64,000 nt of DNA from Candidatus Berkelbacteria bacterium (lineage in GTDB: Bacteria; Patescibacteriota; UBA1384; DTJR01). The position numbers and the translations under genes were made by a program. Numbering within the stretch: position 1 is the stretch's first letter; each line of letters opens with the position of its first letter. The DNA is taken from assembly GCA_029865605.1 (NCBI GenBank), contig JAOUGE010000002.1, positions 24,555-88,554 on the forward strand, in the 5' to 3' direction. A model generated the notes under the pieces. It saw nothing but the letters and a program-made list of their open reading frames with translations. It ran no database searches and was not told the origin of the DNA. Shown one piece after another: positions 1 to 10,297 of the stretch.

Positions 1-1196
1 ATCTTCCGCGTACTCATGGCTCGGGGCTTTTTACCCGCGGGCAGACCCAATGCTTGACCGTTGCTACACTGGCTTCTCCGGGGATGGAGCAGTTTATCGA
101 CACTATGGAAACGGAAACAACCAAGCGCTACATGCATTTTTATAATTTCCCGCCCTATTCAACTGGTGAAGTAAAGAGGATGGGTTCTGCTTCCAGAAGG
201 GAAATTGGCCACGGTGCTTTGGCGGAAAAGGCATTGCTGCCGGTAATACCAAGTCGCGATGACTTTCCCTACACGGTCAGGTTGGTTTCGGAAATTTTAT
301 CGTCAAACGGATCCTCGTCAATGGCTGCTACTTGCGGCTCCACGCTGGCTTTGATGGATGCGGGAGTGCCGCTTAAAAAACCGGTTGCCGGGATCGCGAT
401 GGGTATGGTCTGCCAGCCTAAAGACCAGGAGGGATCGGGCGTTGAGGGTCTGGGCGAGGATGAAAAGTATAAGTTTGCAGTTTTGACCGATCTTCAGGGG
501 GTTGAAGACTTCGGCGGTGATATGGATTTCAAGATTGCCGGGACCCGTGACGGAATAACCGCGATTCAGCTTGATGTAAAGATTGACGGGTTGTCGCAGG
601 AAATGATAAAAGATACTCTTGCCAAAGCTAAAATTGCCCGTCTCAAAATCCTTGATGTTATCGAAGCCGCCATTGCCGCTCCGAGAGGTGAGCTTTCGCC
701 TTATGCTCCACGGATTATTAAAGTCACGATTGACCCGACTAAGATAGGGGAGTTAATTGGCCCCGGTGGGAAGAATGTTCAAGGCATTATAGCTCAAGCC
801 GGAGGCAAAGAGCTGGTTTCAGTTGATATTGAAGATGACGGGACGGTTTTGATCTCTTCGGCTGACGCTAATGCCGCCAAAATCGCTGAAGATTTAGTCA
901 AGGCCCAAACTGCGTCAGTTGAGCTAGGCCAGATTTACGAAGGCGAGGTCAAATCAATTTTGAAAGATAGAAATACTGGTAAGGAAATCGGGGCAATCGT
1001 TGAAACTTTACCCGGGAAAGATGGAATGGTTCATATCTCGGAGATTGCTAACCGTCGGATTGAAAAGGTGTCAGACGAACTGAAGGTTGGACAACGTGTT
1101 AAAGTCAAAGTTGTGAATATTGACAGCGAGCGCGGCCGCGTTGCCCTTTCAATAAAGAAAGTAAACGGCGAGGATAAGGCTGTTGACAAAAGCTAA
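1..1196 (+). CDS. pnp: polynucleotide phosphorylase (PNPase), 3' portion; the gene continues upstream of the window
   Basis: The frame is open from nt 1 and reads ...HGSGLFTRGQTQ, matching the second RNase PH domain. KH (GELIGPGGKNV) and S1 (GQIYEGEVKSI...RGRVALSIKK) domains follow. Stop at 1194-1196. The listed TTG at 54 is internal. Confidence 0.9.
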   Translation, partial: LPRTHGSGLFTRGQTQCLTVATLASPGMEQFIDTMETETTKRYMHFYNFPPYSTGEVKRMGSASRREIGHGALAEKALLPVIPSRDDFPYTVRLVSEILSSNGSSSMAATCGSTLALMDAGVPLKKPVAGIAMGMVCQPKDQEGSGVEGLGEDEKYKFAVLTDLQGVEDFGGDMDFKIAGTRDGITAIQLDVKIDGLSQEMIKDTLAKAKIARLKILDVIEAAIAAPRGELSPYAPRIIKVTIDPTKIGELIGPGGKNVQGIIAQAGGKELVSVDIEDDGTVLISSADANAAKIAEDLVKAQTASVELGQIYEGEVKSILKDRNTGKEIGAIVETLPGKDGMVHISEIANRRIEKVSDELKVGQRVKVKVVNIDSERGRVALSIKKVNGEDKAVDKS

Positions 1197-1246
1197 GGTT
1201 TATGTTAACCTGAAAGTAGAGTTAAGGGTTCTCTAAAGGTTTTAAT

Positions 1247-1810
1247 TTGGATAAAGACGAAAGTATTTCGCTTTTGGCTGATGAAGTTAAGGCTTGCCAG
1301 AAATGCCCCCTTTATAAATTTGCAAAAAACCCCGTGCCGGGCAGCGGAAGTGTTAATTGCGAAGTCATATTTGTTGGCGAGGGGCCGGGGGAGAAGGAGG
1401 ACGAGCAGGGCTTACCCTTTGTCGGCTCGGCGGGTAAGCTTCTGGACGAACTCCTTGAATCAATTGGTTTAAAAAGAGCTGATGTTTATATCGCTAATAT
1501 TGTCAAACACCGACCGCCCGGCAATCGTGACCCGAAGCCTGAAGAAGTAGAGGCCTGTTGGCCGTATCTTTTACGCCAGATCGAAATAATCAAACCGAAA
1601 TTAATCGTCTGCCTGGGGAGACACTCTTTGGGACGGTTCTTGCCAACTATCGGGCCGATATCTTCCGTTCACGGGAGATGTTTTAAAAAAAGCAATCAAC
1701 ATTTTATGGCTCTTTATCACCCCGCAGTTGCGCTTTACAATGGTTCGTATCGGAAAACCCTTTTTGAAGACTTTAAAAAAATAAAAATAGCATTGAAGAA
1801 AATTAAATGA
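1247..1810 (+). CDS. family 4 uracil-DNA glycosylase
   Basis: Motifs [32 protein letters not shown] and LYHPA. Apparent TTG start at 1247. Confidence 0.75.
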   Translation: MDKDESISLLADEVKACQKCPLYKFAKNPVPGSGSVNCEVIFVGEGPGEKEDEQGLPFVGSAGKLLDELLESIGLKRADVYIANIVKHRPPGNRDPKPEEVEACWPYLLRQIEIIKPKLIVCLGRHSLGRFLPTIGPISSVHGRCFKKSNQHFMALYHPAVALYNGSYRKTLFEDFKKIKIALKKIK

Positions 1811-1891
1811 TTAACCAACTAGACAATTGCTCAATTGTGAGATTGTAAATTGTCAATAATTTGAACTCTTAAGAAAGGAAAAATATAAGAG

Positions 1892-3847
1892 ATGGAAAAT
1901 AATAAAAATAATGGCCAAGCGAAACAAGCGGTCTATCATGCTTCTTTAGAGGATTTTCGTCCCAATTTTCGCCGGGGCGCATCGGATCGATTCGCCTCGA
2001 TGCGCCAAGACGGGCGAAGCGGGTACCAGAATCGAGGCGGGTCGGGAAATGGTTTTAGTGGTTCGCGAAACAGAAGTCACAGTCAAACTAATCGGGCCGA
2101 TCGATTAAGAAATCGCAATGGAGGTAATGTTAAATTTTCTGCCGGTGCTCCTGCTCAAAAGATGGTGACATTTAAGGCCTCTAAAACGCTAAAACTCTCT
2201 CATCTCGGTGGTCTTGAAGAAGTCGGCCGGAATATGTCCTTTTTGGAATTTGGCAATGATATATTGGTAGTTGATGCCGGTTTTAGCTTCCCGACCGATG
2301 ATATGCCTGGAGTTGACTATGTTATCCCGGACGTATCATACTTGCAAGAGAACAAAAAAAGGATTAAGGGGATAGTTCTGACTCATGGCCACATGGACCA
2401 TATCGGCGCAATTCCCTATATAATCGAAAAGCTTGGCAGCCCGACCATTTATGGGACTAATCTTTCGCTCGGCATTTTGAAAGAAAAGCTTGAAGAGTTT
2501 GGTCTTAAGGATCGGGTTAAAACGGTTGTGGTAAATCCTGAAAAGGACGTGCTGCAGCTGGGGGTTTTTAAAGTCAGCTTTTTTAGAGTAAATCACAATA
2601 TTCCTGACACGGTTGGGTTGGTGATTGAAACTCCGATTGGCAAGGTAGTAAATACGGCTGACTTTAAATTTGATTTAACTCCGATTAATGAACCGGTGAT
2701 TGATCTAGGGCGGATCGCCGAAATTGGCAAAAACGGCGTTTTAGTTTTGATGATTGACTCAACTGGGGCAAGAAATGCTGGTTATGCTATTTCGGAGAGT
2801 GAGATCAAAAATAACTTAAGGGAGATTTTTGCTAAGTCTCGTGGCCGCGTTTTTATTGCTTCCTTTTCAACTTTGATTTCCAGAATTCAGCAGATTGTTG
2901 ATGTAACGGCCGAGATTAACCGCAAGCTGACTGTAACCGGCCGTTCGATGCTCTCCACTATTGAAGTTGCCTCGAAGCTTGGCTATCTCAAGGTTCCGGA
3001 GGGACTTATCGTAACCGCTCAGCAGGGTTCAAGATTGCCTGATGACAAGCTGATTATTTTGTCAACCGGCACGCAGGGCGAGGATGCTTCTGCTTTGACT
3101 CGAATGAGCCGCGGGGAGCATAAATTCTTCAAAATTCGCAGAGGCGACACGGTAATTTTGTCGAGCTCGATTATTCCGGGCAACGAGCGCCAAGTAGTTG
3201 AAGTCTACGATAATCTTCTTCGCGCCGGCGCCAAAGTGATCGATTACAAACAGATGGACATTCACACTTCCGGTCACGCTCATCAGGAAGAGCTGAAAAC
3301 GATGATGCGGCTCTTTAATTCAAAGTATGTCTTTCCTATTCACGGCAATCGCTATATGCGCCAAGCCAATGCTGATTTGGCTAAGTCGCTTGGGATGGAG
3401 GAGGAAAACCTGATCGTCATCGACAATGGCGAGGTGGTTGAATTTACTCCAACGAAATGCGAGATCCTTAAGATCAAAGTCCCGACCTCTTTTGTTTTGG
3501 TGGACGGGCTGGGAGTTGGCGATGTCGGTAATATCGTGCTTCGCGACCGTCAGGCAATGGCCGAGGGCGGTATCTTTGTCGTCATTTTGACGATTGATCA
3601 CAAGACCTCGCAAATTGTAACTTCGCCTGACATTATCTCGCGCGGCTTCGTTTATATGCGCGCCGCCGAAGATTTGATTCATCGAGCCCGCCAGGAGATC
3701 AAAAATATTTTCCGCCGCCACACGTTGCAGGGCAAACCGGCTGACTGGAGCTATATCAAAACTACACTTCGCGAAGATATGGGTGAGTTTTTGTTTAACG
3801 AAACCAAAAGACGTCCTATGGTGATACCAGTGATTATTGAAGTATAA
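1892..3847 (+). CDS. rnj: ribonuclease J (metallo-beta-lactamase / beta-CASP) with an about 90-aa Arg/Gly/Ser/Asn-rich N-terminal extension
   Basis: HGHMDHIGAIPYI zinc motif, beta-CASP region and RNase J C-terminal domain. ATG at 1892 with an AAGGAAA Shine-Dalgarno. Confidence 0.9.
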   Translation: MENNKNNGQAKQAVYHASLEDFRPNFRRGASDRFASMRQDGRSGYQNRGGSGNGFSGSRNRSHSQTNRADRLRNRNGGNVKFSAGAPAQKMVTFKASKTLKLSHLGGLEEVGRNMSFLEFGNDILVVDAGFSFPTDDMPGVDYVIPDVSYLQENKKRIKGIVLTHGHMDHIGAIPYIIEKLGSPTIYGTNLSLGILKEKLEEFGLKDRVKTVVVNPEKDVLQLGVFKVSFFRVNHNIPDTVGLVIETPIGKVVNTADFKFDLTPINEPVIDLGRIAEIGKNGVLVLMIDSTGARNAGYAISESEIKNNLREIFAKSRGRVFIASFSTLISRIQQIVDVTAEINRKLTVTGRSMLSTIEVASKLGYLKVPEGLIVTAQQGSRLPDDKLIILSTGTQGEDASALTRMSRGEHKFFKIRRGDTVILSSSIIPGNERQVVEVYDNLLRAGAKVIDYKQMDIHTSGHAHQEELKTMMRLFNSKYVFPIHGNRYMRQANADLAKSLGMEEENLIVIDNGEVVEFTPTKCEILKIKVPTSFVLVDGLGVGDVGNIVLRDRQAMAEGGIFVVILTIDHKTSQIVTSPDIISRGFVYMRAAEDLIHRARQEIKNIFRRHTLQGKPADWSYIKTTLREDMGEFLFNETKRRPMVIPVIIEV

Positions 3848-3888
3848 GGCTCTTAACGGACTCTTATCTTTTTGCTAAAATATAGTAG

Positions 3889-6015
3889 ATGGCAAAGCGT
3901 GGGCGTAAACCCAAGAACCCTAATGTTTTTGAGTCAATAAATCCCGAACTAACGAGGGAGATTTTTGGCGTGATCCTTGCGATCGTGGCCATAATTTTGA
4001 TCTTGGCCGAGTTTAACGCTGCCGGCAAGCTCGGCGCTACCTTGTTTTCTCAGATAAAATCGTTTTTCGGTGCCACTGCCTATGTCGTAACTTTTTGGAT
4101 CGGCTTTTCGGCAATTTATGTTTTAGCTCCCGATTTTATGCGCCGCTCCAAAGCAATTCTTTGGGGTTCACTAATTTTTCTGGTTTTATTTTCAGCTCTG
4201 ATCGCTCCCTTTGGCTCATCCGGAGGCGTTGTTGGCAACTCGCTTTTTAGTGCTGTTCAGTCGCTCACCGGCCAGTTTTTGGCAATCGTTATTTTCCTGG
4301 GGCTTTGCCTAGCGGCTCTCATTTTTACCTTCAATTTTTCAATCGTTAGTTTTATCAAAAGCGCCCGGATGAAAGCAGAACAGGGGTATACCGGCTTGAA
4401 TGTGAGGGAGGGGGGAGTTTCTGTTTTTAGGACGGTTCGACGCCGAATCGGTATGGGTGATGATAGGAAGAAGCGTGAAGAGGGAGTTCCGGTTATGACA
4501 ACGCCTGACGGGACCTGGGAATTTCCTTCAACTGAACTTCTCGAGGAGTCAACTGGCAAAGCTCAGCCGGGTAATTTAGCCAAAAATGCCGAGATAATTA
4601 TTAAGTGCTTGGCTGATTTTGGAATTGATGCTTCACCCGGGACGATTAATGTCGGTCCGACGGTTACTCAATACGAGCTTAAACCAGCTGAAGGGGTGAA
4701 GATAAATAATATTGTTTCGCGCTCCGATGATTTGGCTTTGACTTTGGCGGCTCACCCAGTCAGGATTGAGGCGCCGATTCCGGGTAAGTCGGCAGTGGGG
4801 ATTGAAGTACCAAATAAGGTGGTGGCCCGTGTTGCTCTGCGCGATTTGCTGGAATCGGAAACTTTCAAAAAGAGATCGTCAAATCTGACTCTTCCCCTTG
4901 GTCTTGATGTTTCGGGCCATGTTATTTTAGCTGATTTGAAAAAAATGCCCCATATGCTAGTTGCTGGGGCGACAGGTTCAGGTAAATCCGTCGGGTTAAA
5001 TTCGGTCCTTTTATCTCTTCTTTTTCAGAATTCGCCGAAGGATTTGAGAGTTCTTCTGGTTGACCCAAAGAGGGTTGAATTTACCTCATACAACGGAATT
5101 CCCCATCTTTTGACCCCGGTGGTAGTTGAGGTGGAGAAAACGGTTAATCTTTTGCGCTGGGCAATCGCGGAAATGGACAGAAGGTTTAAGCTTTTTGAGC
5201 AAGTTGGCTCGAGAGACATCGAGTCTTATAATGGCAAAAACGGTAATTCAAACCAAGGTGGCGAAGGGCGCTCTCAAGAATTGCCTTATATTGTCATTGT
5301 TATTGACGAGCTGGCTGACCTTATGGCCCAGGCGGCCAATGAAGTCGAAGCGGCGATTGTCCGGCTGGCACAGCTTGCCAGGGCAACCGGTATCCATCTG
5401 GTTATTGCTACCCAGAGGCCAAGCGTTGACGTTTTAACTGGTTTGATTAAAGCCAATATTACTTCGCGGGTAGCTTTTGCCGTCGCCAGTCAAGTTGACT
5501 CACGTGTTATTATCGATCAAGCAGGAGCAGAAAAGCTTCTAGGCAATGGCGACATGCTTTTCTTGGGTGGCGAATATAATAAGCCCAAACGCGTTCAGGG
5601 GGCATTTATCTCCGAGCATGATGTTAAAAATGTAACTGATTTTCTCAAGCGTCACGGTTCGGCAGTTTATGACAATTCCATTACTGAATATCATGAGGTC
5701 GCTGGTATAAAAAGCCGCGGCACAGGCACGGCGGGAGGGTTTTCCAGCGGCTCTGACCCTCTTCTTGAAGAGGCAAAAAATCTTGTTGTCGATTCGGGGA
5801 GGGCGTCAGCATCCTTTTTGCAAAGAAGGCTCGAGGTCGGTTATGCTCGAGCGGCAAGACTGCTTGATCTTATGGAGGAAGAAGGCATCATCGGGCCGGG
5901 ACGGGGAGCAAAACCGAGAGATATTTTAGTCGGTTCAATAGATAAAAGGAACTACGACAGGGAGCGTTTCGAGGAAGAGGGAGAAGATCGCCCTCGGTTC
6001 GGAAGATACCGCTAA
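3889..6015 (+). CDS. ftsK: DNA translocase FtsK/SpoIIIE
   Basis: Four N-terminal TM segments, Walker A (GATGSGKS), Walker B (VIVIDELAD) and a C-terminal gamma winged-helix region. Confidence 0.9.
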   Translation: MAKRGRKPKNPNVFESINPELTREIFGVILAIVAIILILAEFNAAGKLGATLFSQIKSFFGATAYVVTFWIGFSAIYVLAPDFMRRSKAILWGSLIFLVLFSALIAPFGSSGGVVGNSLFSAVQSLTGQFLAIVIFLGLCLAALIFTFNFSIVSFIKSARMKAEQGYTGLNVREGGVSVFRTVRRRIGMGDDRKKREEGVPVMTTPDGTWEFPSTELLEESTGKAQPGNLAKNAEIIIKCLADFGIDASPGTINVGPTVTQYELKPAEGVKINNIVSRSDDLALTLAAHPVRIEAPIPGKSAVGIEVPNKVVARVALRDLLESETFKKRSSNLTLPLGLDVSGHVILADLKKMPHMLVAGATGSGKSVGLNSVLLSLLFQNSPKDLRVLLVDPKRVEFTSYNGIPHLLTPVVVEVEKTVNLLRWAIAEMDRRFKLFEQVGSRDIESYNGKNGNSNQGGEGRSQELPYIVIVIDELADLMAQAANEVEAAIVRLAQLARATGIHLVIATQRPSVDVLTGLIKANITSRVAFAVASQVDSRVIIDQAGAEKLLGNGDMLFLGGEYNKPKRVQGAFISEHDVKNVTDFLKRHGSAVYDNSITEYHEVAGIKSRGTGTAGGFSSGSDPLLEEAKNLVVDSGRASASFLQRRLEVGYARAARLLDLMEEEGIIGPGRGAKPRDILVGSIDKRNYDRERFEEEGEDRPRFGRYR

Positions 6016-6122
6016 GAGAATCGCTTTATATTTTCTGATTTTTCTGTATTTTGAGTTTAGTCTGTCTGCCGCCTGCCTGACGGCAGTCGGGGCAGACAAA
6101 AATTTTCTTCTGAAGGAGTCTA

Positions 6123-6791
6123 GTGGCTTTTAGGCACAAAAAGATAGAAACACAAAAGACGGTTGGCAGACGCCTTAAGGAGGCTCGTCGAAAGAAGAGA
6201 CTATCAATCGAACAAGTTGAAGAGGCGACTAAAGTAAGAGCCAAATATCTTGAGGCAATAGAAGCGGATCACTGGAAACAGTTTCCCAGCTTTATTTATG
6301 TTTTAGGTTTTGTCCGCCGTTACAGCGATTTCTTGGGCCTTGATAGCCGGAAGATAGCTGAGGAATTTAAGCGCGAATTTGGCCATACGCCCCGCGCCTT
6401 TCCTTTAAAATCTCAAAGGGAAAAGCTGGTTGTTAATCGCTTAATTATCACTCCCAGGTTGGTTCTTGGGATTGCTGCTATTGCCGTAGTGGTTTTGATC
6501 GTCGGCTATATTATTTATTCAGTCGAAAAATTCTCGCGGGCGCCCCAGCTTGAGGTTACTTTTCCCCAAACCGAGGTGGTAACTCAGAAAGATATTGTGA
6601 TTGAAGGCAATACTTCATCAACGGCTATAGTTGAAATTAATAATCAACTTGTTAGTGTTGACGATGCGGGGCATTTTTCCCAAGCGGTTGAATTAACTCT
6701 CGGCGTAAATTTTTATGAGATTAAGTCGAAAAGCCGTCTTGGCAAAGAATCAACTAAAGTGTTAAAAATATTGTACGAGGCAAATCAATAA
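6123..6791 (+). CDS. RodZ-like HTH (XRE) membrane protein
   Basis: N-terminal HTH (GRRLKEARRKKRLSIEQVEEATKVRAKYLEAIE), one TM segment and a C-terminal beta domain. GTG start at 6123 with an AAGGAG Shine-Dalgarno 5 nt upstream. Confidence 0.5.
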   Translation: MAFRHKKIETQKTVGRRLKEARRKKRLSIEQVEEATKVRAKYLEAIEADHWKQFPSFIYVLGFVRRYSDFLGLDSRKIAEEFKREFGHTPRAFPLKSQREKLVVNRLIITPRLVLGIAAIAVVVLIVGYIIYSVEKFSRAPQLEVTFPQTEVVTQKDIVIEGNTSSTAIVEINNQLVSVDDAGHFSQAVELTLGVNFYEIKSKSRLGKESTKVLKILYEANQ

Positions 6792-6816
6792 AATGTGATT
6801 GGGGGCGGGAGGCTCA

Positions 6817-7896
6817 ATGGCGAGAAAAACGAAAATTGAGGGGAGAAAACTGAAAACTGATACAAGCATAAGTTCAGGCAAGAAGCGCGCCCTTGAGGCG
6901 GCAATTTCTGTCATTGAAAAGCAGTTTGGCGCCGGAGCGATCATGAAAATGGGCCAAACTAAGAGTATGAATGTCGGGGTTATTCCAACCGGCTCGCTTT
7001 CTTTGGATTTGGCTCTTGGTGTGGGTGGCGTACCGCGTGGTCGGATAATTGAGATTTTTGGTCCCGAAGCGTCAGGCAAAACCACTCTTGCTTTATCGAT
7101 TGTTGCCCAAGCTCAGAAAAGCGGAGGGATGTGCGCTTTTGTTGATGCCGAGCACGCTTTTGACCCTGATTATGCCACAAAACTTGGTGTAGACACCGAT
7201 GGTCTGCTTATTTCCCAGCCGGATACCGGCGAGCAGGCGCTGGAGATCACTGAAACTTTAATTCGTTCAAACGCCCTTGATGCAATTGTCATTGATTCGG
7301 TTGCAGCGCTTGTGCCGCGAGCGGAAATTGAAGGAGAGATGGGGGATGCGATGGTCGGGGTTCAGGCAAGATTGATGAGCCAGGCTCTGCGCAAGATCAC
7401 CGGTACTGTTTCGAAATCAAAAACGGCAGTTATCTTTATTAACCAGATTAGAATGAAGATCGGGGTTATGTTTGGCAATCCGGAAACGACAACCGGCGGA
7501 ATGGCGCTTAAGTTTTACTCGTCGGTTCGGCTTGACACCAGGCGGGTTGAGCAAATCAAGCGCGCCGATGAGGTGATCGGCAATCGAATCAGGGTCAAAG
7601 TAGTCAAAAACAAAGTTGCTCCGCCTTTCAGGATGGCCGAATTTGAGCTAATGTACTCGACGGGTCTCTCGCAATCTGGGGAGGCCATCGATCTCGGGAT
7701 GAAATACGGGCTTGTTTTGAAAGCTGGAGCCTGGCTGACTTTGGCTGAGCCCAAAAAGCTGGGTGCGGAAACGGATAAGCTGGGCCAGGGTAGAGAATCC
7801 GCCAGGGGCTATCTCGATAAGAACCCGAAATTATTGGAGAAACTGGTTGATGAAATCAAAGCTCGCTTTCAAGAGGAATCAAAAGAAGATTCTTAA
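6817..7896 (+). CDS. recA: recombinase RecA
   Basis: GPEASGKTT Walker A, the canonical RecA core and C-terminal tail. The ATG at 6817 (MARKTK...) follows a GGGAGG Shine-Dalgarno, and the listed 6799 start is an upstream TTG. Confidence 0.95.
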   Translation: MARKTKIEGRKLKTDTSISSGKKRALEAAISVIEKQFGAGAIMKMGQTKSMNVGVIPTGSLSLDLALGVGGVPRGRIIEIFGPEASGKTTLALSIVAQAQKSGGMCAFVDAEHAFDPDYATKLGVDTDGLLISQPDTGEQALEITETLIRSNALDAIVIDSVAALVPRAEIEGEMGDAMVGVQARLMSQALRKITGTVSKSKTAVIFINQIRMKIGVMFGNPETTTGGMALKFYSSVRLDTRRVEQIKRADEVIGNRIRVKVVKNKVAPPFRMAEFELMYSTGLSQSGEAIDLGMKYGLVLKAGAWLTLAEPKKLGAETDKLGQGRESARGYLDKNPKLLEKLVDEIKARFQEESKEDS

Positions 7897-8356
7897 TTAT
7901 GCTCTCTGGTTAATTGGGCGAAGAGCAAGAACCCAGAGGGAAATCGAAGAAAAGCTCTCTCGGAAGGGATTTGATAAAAGCGAGATCCTGAAAACCGTAG
8001 ACAAACTCAAACAGCTCCGGCTGCTTGACGATAAAGAGTATTCCCTTTCATATATTAAGGCAAGCAAGTCCTTAAAACCCAAGGGACGTTACCGACTTTT
8101 GCTTGAGCTGACAAAGCACGGCGTTGATAAGGGGACGGCCCAGCTTGCTCTTGATGAGGAACTAGAGGATACAGGCACTCTGGCCGAAACGGCGCTCAAA
8201 TCTTATCTCAAGCGAAGCGGCGGACTTTCTAAAGAAAAATTATATCAGCGCTCGATGGGCTTTCTTTTGCGCCGGGGTTTCTCGCTTGATGAAGCAAAAA
8301 AAGCGGTTAAAAAAGTTTTGACTTCTGCTTCTTCTTCTGATAATTTTGACTTATGA
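7850..8356 (+). CDS. recX: recombination regulator RecX
   Basis: [36 protein letters not shown] three-helix repeats of about 168 aa. It overlaps the recA 3' end by 47 nt, and its stop overlaps the pyk ATG (ATGA). Confidence 0.7.
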   Translation: MKSKLAFKRNQKKILNYALWLIGRRARTQREIEEKLSRKGFDKSEILKTVDKLKQLRLLDDKEYSLSYIKASKSLKPKGRYRLLLELTKHGVDKGTAQLALDEELEDTGTLAETALKSYLKRSGGLSKEKLYQRSMGFLLRRGFSLDEAKKAVKKVLTSASSSDNFDL

Positions 8357-9411
8357 TTGCCAGATTTTTTAAACCAAAACTTCCAGATAGAAGAACGAAA
8401 ATCGTATGTACTATCGGGCCGGCAACTTCCAAGGACTCGACTTTACGCAAATTGGTCAAAGAGGGAATGGATTTTGCTCGTTTTAATTTCTCTCACGGGC
8501 ACCTATCGGAGTTTGAACAATGGGCAAAAACAATTAGGAAATTTGCTAAGGCGGAGCGGCGCAAGGTGGAGATTATTCAAGATCTGCAAGGGCCAAGAGT
8601 AAGGGTGGGTACATTGGCTCATGAGGGGCGGACAATCATTGCTGGTCATAAGGTCGTTCTGGTTTTTGACGCAAAGGCCGAGCTCCGCCGAGGCGAAATT
8701 CCGATTGAAAACGATATCGGTTTGGACTTAAAGCGCTCTGATAAGATTTTAATGGATAGGGGGTTGATTGAACTTGAGGTTAAAAAGATAGAAGAGCTAC
8801 GGGTTGTTTGCCGCGCTTTGACCTCGGGGCATATTTTTACCGGCAAAGGCGTTAATTTGCCATCTACTGAAAGTAAGGCCGCTCTAACTCAAAAGGATCT
8901 CGAGGATATAAAGCATGGTCTTGAGATGAGAGTTGAGTGGATAGCGCTCTCGTTTGTTGAGGGCGCGGACGATATACGGGAGCTTAAAAAACATATTAAG
9001 GACTCGGTTAAAATAATCGCCAAGATTGAGCGGCCTCAGGCAATTCATAATTATCACGATATTGTCGAGGCGGCTGATGCGGTGATGATTGCCCGGGGCG
9101 ATTTGGGCATTGAAATTCCGTTTTGGAAACTACCGGTTATTCAAAAGCGGGCGATAAGACGAGCTCGAAATGCGGGAAAACCATCGATTGTTGCTACCGA
9201 TATGCTCGGCTCGATGGTTGTGGCCCAGCGCCCGACGAGGGCGGAGATTTTGGATGTAGCCAACGCGGTGATAGACGGGGCGAGCGCGGTGATGCTCTCT
9301 GATGAAACAGCAGTTGGCAAGCATCCGGTTGAGGCATTAGTTGCAATGCGAAAAATTATTGAAGAAGCCGAAGATTTCAAACGAACTCACGAGCTGAAAA
9401 GCTTATTGTAG
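8353..9411 (+). CDS. pyk: pyruvate kinase, short form (352 aa; no C-terminal regulatory domain evident)
   Basis: KIVCTIGPAT, NFSHG and MIARGDLGIEIP motifs. It ends shortly after the A-domain. Confidence 0.8.
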   Translation: MIARFFKPKLPDRRTKIVCTIGPATSKDSTLRKLVKEGMDFARFNFSHGHLSEFEQWAKTIRKFAKAERRKVEIIQDLQGPRVRVGTLAHEGRTIIAGHKVVLVFDAKAELRRGEIPIENDIGLDLKRSDKILMDRGLIELEVKKIEELRVVCRALTSGHIFTGKGVNLPSTESKAALTQKDLEDIKHGLEMRVEWIALSFVEGADDIRELKKHIKDSVKIIAKIERPQAIHNYHDIVEAADAVMIARGDLGIEIPFWKLPVIQKRAIRRARNAGKPSIVATDMLGSMVVAQRPTRAEILDVANAVIDGASAVMLSDETAVGKHPVEALVAMRKIIEEAEDFKRTHELKSLL

Positions 9412-9470
9412 GGCAAAGGACAAGGGTTGCTTTTTGAGCTCTTTTTTTTTAAAATAAGGGCTACTACGGC

Positions 9471-9499
9471 TTGACTTTCGGGTTAAGCTGTAGTATAGT
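9471..9499 (+). promoter_or_regulatory. sigma70-like promoter (TTGACT-17-TATAGT) at the entry to GC-rich island 1
   Basis: TTGACT at 9471-9476, a 17-nt spacer and TATAGT at 9494-9499, directly after a T9 run that ends pyk. Confidence 0.45.
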
Positions 9500-9633
9500 C
9501 CAGTGTTTCGCCTCTGAAGTACTTGAGGCGAAGCGTTTGTACATTGACGTAAGGTGGCGCTTGAGCGCCGCTATCGCACCACACTCGCACCTGCCCTCCG
9601 TAGCTTTACGCGAAGGAGGGGCACACAGAAAGG

Positions 9634-9960
9634 ATGAAGCAACAGATGAAGCCGACGCGACTTGAAGCTCTGGTTGCTGTTGCTTTTGCGCTTTTTGTTC
9701 TGCTCGTTGCAGGGTGGAATGAGCGGCGCGAAGCACGGCAGGAGCGGAAAGCAGACCAGCATGCAGCGTTCCACTGGGAGGCTGTCTACTACGGTCTGCC
9801 GCCGGAGGGGGTTAAGGCGTATGAGCTCGCTTGCGAGCGAAACGCCGACAACCCTCGGTTCGAGCGACGTCGCGCTCTACGGCAGCTGGCTCTGCACTAC
9901 TCGGGCGATCTCTTACCCGGGAGTGATGCGGAGGAAGCTGTCCGCTGGGCGCACCGCTAG
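9634..9960 (+). CDS. small membrane-anchored protein in GC-rich island 1 (function unknown)
   Basis: 108-aa ORF with an N-terminal TM (LEALVAVAFALFVLLVAGW). About 65-70% GC, unlike the flanks, and preceded by a roughly 130-nt leader with three hairpins. Confidence 0.4.
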   Translation: MKQQMKPTRLEALVAVAFALFVLLVAGWNERREARQERKADQHAAFHWEAVYYGLPPEGVKAYELACERNADNPRFERRRALRQLALHYSGDLLPGSDAEEAVRWAHR

Positions 9961-10021
9961 CATGGCTTCAACCCCGATCCGCCCTCGGGCGGGCGGGGAC
10001 AACGCGAGGGAGGGATCTGGC

Positions 10022-10210
10022 ATGACGGACAGCCCTATCGTTGAGTCGTTGGCCGGCGGCGAGGATCACTCGCCGGGTAGCCTCACGAAGGAAGAACTTC
10101 GGGAGGAGAACCGGCGGCGACGCAGGAAGAAGCGGAAGGAGAGCCGCAAGAGCAATGGCGGCTCTCGCCGCCAGCCCTGCACAGGCCGTCGTGTCAACGG
10201 CCACCGCTAG
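10022..10210 (+). CDS. possible small basic protein (62 aa, RRRRRKKRKESRK) in GC-rich island 1
   Basis: ATG at 10022, followed by a strong GC hairpin at 10232-10258. This could equally be a composition artefact. Confidence 0.2.
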   Translation: MTDSPIVESLAGGEDHSPGSLTKEELREENRRRRRKKRKESRKSNGGSRRQPCTGRRVNGHR

Positions 10211-10297
10211 GGGGTGGTGTCGTACACAGGGGCCGGGGTCTGTATTGACCCGGCCCCTCTTGCTGTCTGAAACTGGTGCCGAGGGAGGTGAACCCAA

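Noticed and set aside
2336-4559. Antisense or alternate-frame ORFs inside rnj and ftsK (2336-2596, 3062-3283, 3320-3721, 4257-4559), and similar ones inside rpoD, kef, glgP, glgX, gdh and the Cys-rich genes.
   Set aside because: They lie wholly inside well-supported genes on the other strand or frame and have no start context or domain signal. These are ordinary shadow ORFs.
9662-10210. 182-aa Arg-rich ORF spanning GC-rich island 1 in an alternate frame.
   Set aside because: It overlaps the 108-aa TM ORF in another frame, and its composition (poly-R/S/G) is what a high-GC off-frame read-through produces. Only its last 62 codons (10022-10210) have an ATG, and even that is kept at low confidence.
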